Shown: in pieces, positions 1-7,986 of the stretch
How positions within the stretch are numbered: position 1 is the stretch's first letter
Layout of the letters: every line of letters starts with the position of its first letter
Assembly: GCA_964508025.1 (NCBI GenBank)
Contig: CAZDSF010000004.1
Coordinates: 1,625 to 57,967 of the forward strand
Source: an uncultured Anaerolineales bacterium
GTDB lineage: Bacteria > Chloroflexota > Anaerolineae > B4-G1 > SLSP01
Direction of reading: 5' to 3'
DNA: 56,343 nt
Made by a program: the position numbers and the translations under genes
The notes under the pieces: model-generated
Told to the model about the DNA's origin: nothing
Database searches by the model: none
The model's input: only the letters and a program-made list of their open reading frames with translations

Positions 1-70
1 GCACCCCCGGGTCCCGCGGGCGGGGGGGGGGGGGGGGGGGGGCTGCGGGGGAGCGGGGGAGAAAGGGAGT

Positions 71-194
71 TGGGGTGATGGGGTGATGGGGTGATGGGGT
101 GATGGAATACACAAGCACCTTTGGGACAAAATCACCCCGTCACCTTGTCACCTTGTCACCCTGTCTCCCTGTCACCTTGTCATCCCGTCACTTC
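71..194. repeat. Inverted octamer-array hairpin element A: (GGGGTGAT)x4, ~27-nt loop, (GTCACCTT-like)x8
   Basis: GGGGTGAT units at 72, 80, 88, 96; ATCACCCC/GTCACCTT-type units every 8 nt from 131 to 194. Confidence 0.9.
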
Positions 195-205
195 CGTCGT
201 ATAAT
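177..205 (+). promoter_or_regulatory. Sigma70-type promoter of the TA operon (TTGTCA-17-TATAAT)
   Basis: TTGTCA 177-182, 17-nt spacer, perfect TATAAT 200-205, 45 nt upstream of the ATG at 251. Confidence 0.7.
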
Positions 206-250
206 ATCAGTAAATCAGTCAATGCAGAAAAACAGAAAGCGAGGCTTACG

Positions 251-532
251 ATGCCCCTCACCACTACAGTTCAAGTGCGGCAACGCGGCACACTTACCCT
301 GCCCGCCGATGTCCGCGACCGGTATAACATCCAGCCCGGCGACAGTTTTCGCCTGGTAGACCTCGATGGCATCCTGGTGTTCACCCCCCTCGCGCCGTTA
401 GTGCCCGAACTGGCCCGCGAAATCGAGCGCGCCCGCGTCGAGGCCGGGCTGAGCGTCGAGCAAATGCTGGCAGACCTCCGCGCCCAACGCGAACGCTACA
501 CGGCTGAAAAGTACAGCGCCGCCAATGAGTAA
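251..532 (+). CDS. AbrB/MazE/SpoVT-family DNA-binding antitoxin
   Basis: 93 aa; VRQRGTLTLPADVRDRYNIQPGD swapped-hairpin signature; overlaps the downstream PIN gene. Confidence 0.85.
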   Translation: MPLTTTVQVRQRGTLTLPADVRDRYNIQPGDSFRLVDLDGILVFTPLAPLVPELAREIERARVEAGLSVEQMLADLRAQRERYTAEKYSAANE

Positions 533-959
533 GCTCCGCGTCTTTGTGGACGCCGACGTCATCTTCGCCGGCGCAGCCTCACCGAGCACCCAGGGCGCGA
601 GCCATATCCTCCTGGTGATGAGCGAGCTCACGCTTATCGAGGGCATCACGTCTGAGCAAGCCGTAACCGAAGTCGCGCGCAACCTGGAAGCCAAGTTGCC
701 CACCAAACTGCCGGAATTTCGCCTGCTGGTCAGCCGCGCCCTGCACGTTGTCCCCGATCCCACACTGGCAGAGCTGCGCGCCTGCGCCGGACAAGCCGAC
801 CCCAAAGACCTGCCGTTGCTTGCAGCGGCCCTGCGCGAAGGCTGTCCGTACTTCGTCACCTTCAATATCCGCCACTACTTCCCCACCGGCGCGGCGATTG
901 CGGTTCTCCGTCCAGGGGATTTGATCCTGACGATTCGCCACACACTTGCGGGATTGTGA
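525..959 (+). CDS. PIN-domain (VapC-like) toxin
   Basis: 144 aa; VFVDADV, DPKDLPLL and FVTFNIRHY acidic PIN motifs; 8-nt overlap with the antitoxin. Confidence 0.85.
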   Translation: MSKLRVFVDADVIFAGAASPSTQGASHILLVMSELTLIEGITSEQAVTEVARNLEAKLPTKLPEFRLLVSRALHVVPDPTLAELRACAGQADPKDLPLLAAALREGCPYFVTFNIRHYFPTGAAIAVLRPGDLILTIRHTLAGL

Positions 960-1026
960 CTGGGTGACGGGGTGACAAGGTGACAAAATCACCCCGTCAC
1001 CCCGTCACCTTGTCACCCCTTCACCT
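956..1026. repeat. Inverted octamer-array hairpin element B
   Basis: GTGAC at 956, 964, 972, 980; (A/G/T)TCAC at 988, 996, 1004, 1012, 1020; lies between convergent genes and may act as a bidirectional terminator. Confidence 0.92.
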
Positions 1027-1401
1027 AAGCACCCACGTCTCAGGATGCGTAATCATTCCCACAATCGTGCCCAACATCTCATCATAGGCTTTGTACAACG
1101 GCGCGGCGGTATCGCGGTGCAAATACCCGCACTTCACCGCAAATTCCAGCCACACTTGCGTTTCCGCCGCTTCCGCTTCACAATCTGAGAGCTTGCTGAT
1201 GAAAGCGCGCTCGTAACGCCGCTTACGCCACGCCTCAGCCAGATTCGCGCACACCGAGCGCGACGAGCGGCGGATCTGATCCGTCAGCGAATACGTTTCC
1301 TCCTTCGGGAACCGCTTCGACAGCTCAAAAATCTCCATCGCCGCCGCGAACGCCTTCTGATAGACTTCCAACTCCGTATGCACACTGATTTTCTTGCCCA
1401 T
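1021..1401 (-). CDS. Four-helix-bundle protein (23S rRNA IVP / TIGR02436-like family)
   Basis: 126 aa from MGKKISV; ELEVYQKA..FPKEETYSLTDQIRRSSRSVCANLAEAW..EAAETQVWL; purine-rich RBS before 1401. The ORF-track extension to 1461 is translated repeat. Confidence 0.88.
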   Translation of the reverse strand: MGKKISVHTELEVYQKAFAAAMEIFELSKRFPKEETYSLTDQIRRSSRSVCANLAEAWRKRRYERAFISKLSDCEAEAAETQVWLEFAVKCGYLHRDTAAPLYKAYDEMLGTIVGMITHPETWVLR

Positions 1402-1417
1402 GCTTTCCCCCTTTTCC

Positions 1418-1505
1418 TGACTTGGTGACCTGGTGACTGGGTGACTGGGTGATATTGTCACCTTGTCACCTTGTCACCTGTCACCCAGTCACCCTCGTCA
1501 CCCCA
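1418..1505. repeat. Inverted octamer-array hairpin element C
   Basis: (G)TGAC/GTGAT at 1418, 1425, 1433, 1441, 1449; GTCAC at 1457, 1465, 1473, 1480, 1488, 1497. Confidence 0.92.
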
Positions 1506-4386
1506 CTGGCAGCAACACATACACCCCCAGCACATCCGGCGGGAGATGCGGACGTACATCCACGCGCACGCCCTTGAGCCGGGCCGCCGTCCGCACCCGC
1601 TGATGCGCTTCGAGCAGCGCCGCCCCGCGCGCCTCAGCGACCGCGTCCAGGTGCGGGCGCAGGGCGTCGAAAGCGTCGAGCACGCGCTGCAAGAACTGCG
1701 TCGCTTGTTGCGCGGCGATGTTGGCGGCGGGTTCGGCGCTCAACAGGCTCTCTACCTCGTCCGGCGTCAACCACTGCGCGGCCTCCGGCGCACCAGTGAA
1801 GCCCACCGTTTGGCAATCCTCGGCCAGCAATTCCACCGTTTGCCCATCGCGCTGCGTTACCAGGTGATAGCGCAGGCGCAGGAGCAACAGCGTCGTGCGC
1901 GTGGCAACCGCCCGCGTGCGCATCACGCCGCTGCGCCGGGCCACGCCGTCCAACAGCGGATCGAGCGCGGCATCCAGCGTATAGGCCGCCAGTCCTTCCA
2001 CCGCCGGATGCGTGCGCGTGAGATAGCGCGTCCCCGCCGGCGCGGGCAACTCGAAGCAGGCCGTAAAGCGCTCACTGTTGCCGACCGCTTCCCGCAGCGC
2101 TGCGTGATTGGGCAAGGTGATTTCAACGTGGCGCGGTTTGTGCGCTACCGTCCCACCGTGCAGGCGCACTACCGTCTCCACAAAACGCTGCACATCCACC
2201 CCCGCGCCGATGGCCGCCCGCACCGCGTCCCACTCGCGGGCCACCTCTTCCACCCGGAGCGTCCGCTGCGCAAAGAGCGTGCGCGATTGCTTCTCCCGCG
2301 CCGTCACATTGTCCCATTGCGCGTGCAGATTCTTGTAAACGTCATCGCTCACATCGAAGAGCGAGAGCTGCCGCCCATCCACCGCCGCCTGCCCGCCGCG
2401 CAGCAAGAGCGCGTGCATCAACGCTTGTACCACTTCACCGGTATTGGCCGGGATCGGCACCGAAATCCCCAGCGAACTGCGGATGGTCTTGTGCTTGCGC
2501 AGCAACACATCCAGCACCAGGCCGTCAATCTGGTTATCTATGCCGTAATAGGTCACCGTGCGCACGGTGGGGCTGGCCTGCCCGTAGCGATCCACGCGGC
2601 CCTCGCGCTGCTCGTGGCGAGTGGGATTCCAGGAGAGATCGTAGTGGATCACGGCGTTGAAATGCTCCTGCAAGTTGATGCCCTCGCTCAGGCAATCGGT
2701 GGCGACCAGCACCCGCTGCGGGAACGCGCCCAGTTGCGCCACCCGCTGCTCGCGCTCGGCGGGTGGCAGCAAGCCCGTCACCGCCGCGACTTCGACGCTC
2801 TTGGGCAGCGCCGCGCGCAGCTCCTCCGCCACATACTCGGCGGTGGGGATGAAGCGGCAGAAAAGGATCGGCTGGTAGCCATCCTTGAGCAAGCCTTTCA
2901 CCAGCGCTATCGCCTGGCGGAGTTTCGCGTCGTGCGTCGGGCCTTTCAGCGCTTCGGCTTGACGTGCCATGCGTAAGAGCCTTTGCCGTTGCCCTCCCGT
3001 CATCCCTTCGACTGCGCTCAGGGCAGGCCCGTCACCCTGCCACCCCGTCACCTTGTCACCCTCTCCCCCCGTCACCCCCTCGTACCACGCTCCCGGCGCC
3101 ACATCCACGCTCTCGCCTTCCACGTCATCCAGATCCAGCACGGCGCGCTCCCCGATGAGATCGGCTTCGGCAGCATCCTCGGTTTCCACCGTCGCTGAGC
3201 GCGTGCGCAGCGTTGCCGCGGCAGCCGCCGGGCTGCTCGCCAGACTGCGCAGCAGCGCCAACGCCGACCACCACCGCACCCGCTGATGGTATTGCGTGCC
3301 GCTGGTATCCTGCACCCGCTCGCGGGCGTAGGCCAACACAGTGGCGAACAACTTCTTGGTCTCGTTGCCCAGCGTGTACGTTGCCTCGGCTTCCTCGCGC
3401 GCCGGGAAGATCGTGTCGGCATCCATGTAGGCGCGCACATCGGCCCGGCGGCGTTGCACCAGATGCAGCGCCACCTCGCGCCGGACGGTTTCCTGCGCTT
3501 TGCCGGTGAGGTCATCGGGCAGCCGGGCAAAGTCCGGGCGGAGCAGCGCCAGCAGCGAGCGGAACGCCCCCTCGTCGCCGCTGTGTGGGGTCGCCGTCAC
3601 CAGCAGCAGATGCCGCGCCGGATTCTGCGCCAGCGCCTGGAGCAGTTGATGCCGCAGATGCCGCCCGCCGCGCTGCTCGGCAGAGAAGGCGCAAGTGTGC
3701 GCCTCATCCACAATGACCAGTTCCGGGCAGGTGCGCACAAACTCTTCGCGCCGCCGGGTGGATTTGATGTACTCCGTAGAGACGATGACGAAGGGGTGCA
3801 ACTCAAAGAGCGATTGGCCCACTGCCGTGCCCCGCTCCAGCCGGGCGGCGGTGCTCGCCAGCACCAGTTCCGCCTCGATGTGGAACTTCTCGGCCAGCTC
3901 GCTCTGCCACTGCTCGGCTAGATGCGGCGGGCAGAGCACGGCCAGCCGTTGCACCTCGCCGCGATCCAGCAGCTCGCGGGCGATCAGCCCCGCCTCGATG
4001 GTCTTGCCGATCCCCACATCGTCGGCGATGAGCAGCCGCACGGGGTCGAGGCGCAGCGCCATGAGCAAGGGCACCAGTTGATAGGGCCGGGGTTCGACCG
4101 CCAGCCGCGCAAACGAGCGGAACGGCCCCGCGCTAGAGCGGAAGCCCAGCCGCACCGCATCGCGCAGCAATTGGCACGAGTGGAAATCGCCGGGGCGGGT
4201 GGGGTCGGGCAGATCGAAAGTTGCGGGCTGCACGGCATCGCCTTCCAACGGCAGATACAGCCCCGCGATTTCCCGATCCGTGCCGCCCAGCGGGCGCAGC
4301 ACCAGCCATTCGGCGGAGGATTCGGGTAAGACTACCCATTCGCGTCCCCGCGCGCGGACGAGAGAGCCGACGGTGTAACCGGCCAT
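1498..4386 (-). CDS. SNF2/SWI2-family helicase (DrmD-like, defence-associated)
   Basis: 962 aa; LIADDVGIGKT Walker A, DEAH, LLVTATPH, SEGINLQ, EQREGRVDRYGQ. Confidence 0.88.
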   Translation of the reverse strand: MAGYTVGSLVRARGREWVVLPESSAEWLVLRPLGGTDREIAGLYLPLEGDAVQPATFDLPDPTRPGDFHSCQLLRDAVRLGFRSSAGPFRSFARLAVEPRPYQLVPLLMALRLDPVRLLIADDVGIGKTIEAGLIARELLDRGEVQRLAVLCPPHLAEQWQSELAEKFHIEAELVLASTAARLERGTAVGQSLFELHPFVIVSTEYIKSTRRREEFVRTCPELVIVDEAHTCAFSAEQRGGRHLRHQLLQALAQNPARHLLLVTATPHSGDEGAFRSLLALLRPDFARLPDDLTGKAQETVRREVALHLVQRRRADVRAYMDADTIFPAREEAEATYTLGNETKKLFATVLAYARERVQDTSGTQYHQRVRWWSALALLRSLASSPAAAAATLRTRSATVETEDAAEADLIGERAVLDLDDVEGESVDVAPGAWYEGVTGGEGDKVTGWQGDGPALSAVEGMTGGQRQRLLRMARQAEALKGPTHDAKLRQAIALVKGLLKDGYQPILFCRFIPTAEYVAEELRAALPKSVEVAAVTGLLPPAEREQRVAQLGAFPQRVLVATDCLSEGINLQEHFNAVIHYDLSWNPTRHEQREGRVDRYGQASPTVRTVTYYGIDNQIDGLVLDVLLRKHKTIRSSLGISVPIPANTGEVVQALMHALLLRGGQAAVDGRQLSLFDVSDDVYKNLHAQWDNVTAREKQSRTLFAQRTLRVEEVAREWDAVRAAIGAGVDVQRFVETVVRLHGGTVAHKPRHVEITLPNHAALREAVGNSERFTACFELPAPAGTRYLTRTHPAVEGLAAYTLDAALDPLLDGVARRSGVMRTRAVATRTTLLLLRLRYHLVTQRDGQTVELLAEDCQTVGFTGAPEAAQWLTPDEVESLLSAEPAANIAAQQATQFLQRVLDAFDALRPHLDAVAEARGAALLEAHQRVRTAARLKGVRVDVRPHLPPDVLGVYVLLPVG
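2996..3078. repeat. In-frame octamer array with a nested REP-like unit inside the SNF2 gene
   Basis: Minus strand GGGGTGAC GGGGGGAG AGGGTGAC AAGGTGAC GGGGTGGC AGGGTGAC GGG[CCTGCCCTGAGCGCAGTCGAAG]GGATGAC; encodes GVTGGEGDKVTGWQGDGPALSAVEGMTGG. Confidence 0.85.
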
Positions 4387-5786
4387 CAGCCGACCACCTC
4401 CTGCGGCCCGAAGAGCAATACATCTGGATCATCGGCTGCGCGCGCCTGCAACGCAGCGGTGAACCCGCTCCGGCTGAACAATGGATAATAGAGCCGCCAG
4501 CCGGTAACGTCGCCTTGCCACGCGCGCGCCCGGCGTTGCAGCGCTTCCAGTTCGGGCAGGCCCATAGGTTCATTGCGCCACTTAGCCTCGCCCAGCCAGG
4601 CGATGCGCTGTTGGTAGCTTACCGCTGCCAGATCAATCTGATGGTGCGCATCCCACCAGGAGCCAACCGCTTCGGGCCAGAAGCCGGGCGTGGCTTGCCT
4701 TGCCAGGGTATAGACCGCCGCCCGCGCCAAATCCTCCCAGGTGTAAGCTACAAATTGCTCCCAGGTGGGGCGCAAGACCTGCTCGACCAACCCCGCGCCC
4801 TGCCCCTTCTCGATGGCGCCTGTGTAGGGCAGAATGTACCGTCCCCAAAAACGGATATAGGGGTCGGCGATGTGCCATGTCCCGCGCCGGCGCTGCGTCG
4901 CCGGCGCAATCCCAATGGGCGCGCGATGTGCCACATACCCCGCCCCCTGCAATGTCGAAAGGTAGGTGGGGAGGCTGCTGCGCTCCACCCCGGCTTCCTG
5001 GGCCATCGCGGAGAGGGTGTGATAGCCGTTGGCAATTGCCCGCAGCACGGCGGCGTAATGCCGGGGGTCGCGCAGCTCATCGCGCAACAGCGTCAAGCCA
5101 TCGTGGTACAGGATGTGGGCCGGGTCGAACGCGGTATGGCTCAGGTTCGTCCACAGAGAACGCTCCGGGCGCAACTCGGCCAGATACGCGGGCATCCCGC
5201 CGGTCAGCGCGTAGGCTTCGATCAACTCCACCGGGCTGCGCTCCGGCAAGAAGCCGCGCATCTGCCCCGGCGTCAAGGGACGCAGCGTCAACTGCGCGGT
5301 GCGGCGTCCATAGAGCGGCGCATCGCGGTTGAGCACATCGCGATCCATGACGGACATATAGGAGCCGCACAACACCAGAAACACCTGGGAGTGTTGCAAC
5401 GTTTCATCCCAGAGCTTCTGGATGACAGAAGCCAGCCGCTCGCCGGCGTCGGCCAGATAGGGGTATTCGTCAAGGATTAGCACAAAGCGGCGGTCGGTCG
5501 CCAGCCGCCCCACCGCCTGGAACAATCCCAACCACGAACCATAAGAGCCGGGCGCGGCGCCTGGGCCGTGCTCCGCCTCCCACAGCGCCGCGGAGAGATT
5601 GCGCAACAACGTCTCGGCAGAATCCAGATACGCCAGGAAGTACACGCCGGGCTTATCGGCGGCAAACTCGGTCAACAGCGCGGTCTTGCCCACGCGCCGG
5701 CGCCCGGTCAGCACGATAAACTCGGCTTTGCCTGAAGCGTAGCGTTCCTTGAGCCAGGTCAGTTCTTGTTCGCGGTTGATAAACAT
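4386..5786 (-). CDS. AAA+ ATPase (archaeal-type ATPase_2) with HTH and C-terminal DUF234-like PD-(D/E)xK domain
   Basis: 466 aa; FINREQEL, GRRRVGKT Walker A, LILDEYP Walker B, QIDLAA..LGEAKW; TGATG 1-nt overlap with the SNF2 start. Confidence 0.85.
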   Translation of the reverse strand: MFINREQELTWLKERYASGKAEFIVLTGRRRVGKTALLTEFAADKPGVYFLAYLDSAETLLRNLSAALWEAEHGPGAAPGSYGSWLGLFQAVGRLATDRRFVLILDEYPYLADAGERLASVIQKLWDETLQHSQVFLVLCGSYMSVMDRDVLNRDAPLYGRRTAQLTLRPLTPGQMRGFLPERSPVELIEAYALTGGMPAYLAELRPERSLWTNLSHTAFDPAHILYHDGLTLLRDELRDPRHYAAVLRAIANGYHTLSAMAQEAGVERSSLPTYLSTLQGAGYVAHRAPIGIAPATQRRRGTWHIADPYIRFWGRYILPYTGAIEKGQGAGLVEQVLRPTWEQFVAYTWEDLARAAVYTLARQATPGFWPEAVGSWWDAHHQIDLAAVSYQQRIAWLGEAKWRNEPMGLPELEALQRRARAWQGDVTGWRLYYPLFSRSGFTAALQARAADDPDVLLFGPQEVVG

Positions 5787-5803
5787 GGGCAGCCTCCTGA
5801 TAT

Positions 5804-5847
5804 TTAATGCTTACGATTATGATAATCGTAAGCATTAAGATTGTCAA
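5804..5847 (-). promoter_or_regulatory. TTGACA-17-TATCAT promoter overlapped by a perfect 35-bp palindrome
   Basis: TTAATGCTTACGATTAT-G-ATAATCGTAAGCATTAA at 5804-5838; minus-strand -35 at 5847-5842 and -10 at 5824-5819; GGAGG RBS before the ATG at 5786. Confidence 0.8.
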
Positions 5848-5900
5848 GACACGGCTCACACCTATCGCCGCGCCAAGTGCAGAGTTTCATCCAAGTCACG

Positions 5901-7967
5901 TTACTTTGCAGAGGACGTGCCCTCCCATTCTCCCCCGCACGCGGACGAGAGAGCCGATGGTGCAGGGCACCGGTATTGACCTACTGGGTGGGCGAGAAAA
6001 GCTGGTTTACCATGCTCAAGACCTGTCAAGGTTGGCGTAGAACCAGCGGCAGGAAGACCTGGGACAACCACAGCAATAGCCCATCCATCCTCATCTCGGC
6101 TGTCGCCTAGATAAGTGGCGTATGCCAGAGCATCACCGCCTAAGCTCACCTTGACCACAAACGCATCACTCGAACCGAGCAGTGCGCTCCCGATAACTCC
6201 TGGTGTGACAGGGAAATCAAACGATGTCGTCATTCCAGTAACATAGGCTGCCCCGTTGCCATCTGTCGCAATATCCTGGGGTTCGTCATGTCCTGCGCCC
6301 CCCAGGAAAGCTGAATAATCCAGCGCGCTACCAGCTGGAACCAGCTTGGCTACAAATCCATCGCCATAACCGCCATTCAGGGTGGTATCAAAGGCACCGT
6401 CTGTGACAGGAAAGGCTGCGGATTGCGTGAAGCCGGTGACGTAAGCTGCCCCAAGCGCGTCCACAGCAATACCGGTACCAAAATCCTGGCTACTCCCCCC
6501 CCCCAGAAAGGTCGCATAAGTCAAAGCGGCCCCATTCGCAGCTAGTTTTACCACAAAGGCATCACGATCACCATTATGCACAACATCAAAGGCTCCCATT
6601 GTGGTGGGAAAATCGGTGGAATAGGTTTGCCCCGTGATAAAGACCGCGTTGTCGCTACTCACTGCGATGCTAGTGCCCTGATCAGAGCCCGTCCCGCCCA
6701 CGAACGTAGCATAAACCAGAGCGTTTCCATTGGGAGACAATTTGGCGCCAAAAGCATCCTTTCCACCGTTGTGGGTGGTATCAAACGCTCCTGGCGTAAC
6801 GGGAAAGTTAGTGGATTCAGTGAGGCCAGTGACATAAGCCGCTCCCGTCGAATCTATCGCGATTGCTCAACCCTCATCCAGAGTATTCCCGCCGAGGTAA
6901 GTTGCGTAGGCTAGCGCGTTGCCGTCCGGCGTAACCTTGACCACAAAACCATCATAGTAGCCGTTAGCCACAATATCGAAAGCCCCTGGCGTAGTGGGGA
7001 AGTTGGAGGAATTGGTGTAACCCGTCACATAGGCTGCCCCACTTTCATCCACCGCAATGTCAACACCCACGTCCCAGCTGCTTCCGCCTAGGAAGGTGCT
7101 ATAAGGCAATTGGGATGGATTGCTTTGACCTTGAGGAGCAAATGCAGGGGTGATTTGAGTGGACGAGGCGACAATAGGACACGTAATGTCAAATTTCGCA
7201 ACATCCACGGCTGAAATCGCAGGCCAGATCTTCGGCATAGCGTCCGCAACTACTGGCAGTGGTAGGATGTAGTCGCCGATCACTGTGCTAAGACGTACCT
7301 CCCCGGCTCCAGTGAATTCCGCAGCCTCCGCGCCTTCGATGTGCAATTGCACCTGGCCTAAATCCGCGCCAGGGTGGATATGCACGCGCTGCACCCATTG
7401 CCCATTCTCGCTAGTCACTTCCAGGTCAATGCCAGGGTACAAATCCACATAGCGCACGCCGCTCCACACCGGCACATCGGGTCGCCACCCGTCGGGGTCG
7501 TTGCCGAGGAAGTAGGAGACGGTGGTTTCCAACGGGGCAAAGGGTTCCAGGCGGGCGTGGGGATTGGCGTTGGGGAAACTCAGGCGCAGGTTGATGCCCT
7601 GGCGATTTTCGCTTGCGGATGGCGCTTCCGGGTCGAAGGGGAATTCCAGTCGCCGCCCGCGCGTTCTGCTCTCTGGCGCGGGCGGCTCCATCAGCGTGAT
7701 CCAGAGCGCGTCCTCGGCGAGCCAAATTGTCCCATTGCCGCCGCGCACCTGAAAGCGCGCACCATCAGCGAATTGCCCGACATTCTTGATGAACATCACC
7801 GGAGAATTGCGCAGAGTTGCATTCACGTCCACGTTTGCGGTAACCGGCGCAGCAGAGAGCGCTGTTATATCCTCTTCAGGTAGTGCGGCCGCCAGCGGGC
7901 GTCCCACTCCTGGCATAAGCAGGGCCAACAACAACATCACATTGAGCCATAGTGTGCGAGCTTTCAT
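5901..7967 (-). pseudogene. Secreted SBBP-repeat (beta-propeller) protein with an in-frame nonsense codon and a truncated C-terminus
   Basis: Signal peptide MKARTLWLNVMLLLALL; repeated YSTFLGGS..D.G..IAVD..GAAYVTG.T.S.NFPTTPGAFD units. ORFs 6867-7967 and 5901-6740 are in the same frame, separated by TGA 6869-6867 (DEG*AIAID vs EDGWAIAV in a later repeat). Confidence 0.8.
5924..5964 (-). repeat. Degenerate duplicate of the SNF2 gene 5' end
   Basis: Aligns to 4335-4377 with a 2-nt gap and ~5 mismatches; 17-nt identical core GCGGACGAGAGAGCCGA. Confidence 0.8.
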
Positions 7968-7986
7968 CCTGTAGTCCTTCTACTAG

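Noticed and set aside
1-60. Long G-run as a G-quadruplex or phase-variable tract
   Set aside because: It lies at the window edge next to a strong hairpin and resembles the garble at 9012-9045; probably a base-calling artefact and not testable without reads.
1021-1401. Diversity-generating retroelement (Avd-like gene)
   Set aside because: No reverse transcriptase and no TR/VR pair with adenine-specific mismatches were seen in the window.
71-1505. CRISPR array
   Set aside because: The units are contiguous 8-mers in inverted arms with no unique spacers, and no cas genes are present.
1471-5480. Long plus-strand ORFs (1471-2976, 4221-5480) and similar antisense ORFs throughout
   Set aside because: They are shadow frames of GC-rich genes that have clear motifs on the opposite strand, and they show no recognisable domains.
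6867-6869. Selenocysteine or TGA recoding / alternative genetic code
   Set aside because: The position corresponds to Trp in sister repeats, the family has no redox Cys here, and TGA acts as a normal stop in many other genes of the window.
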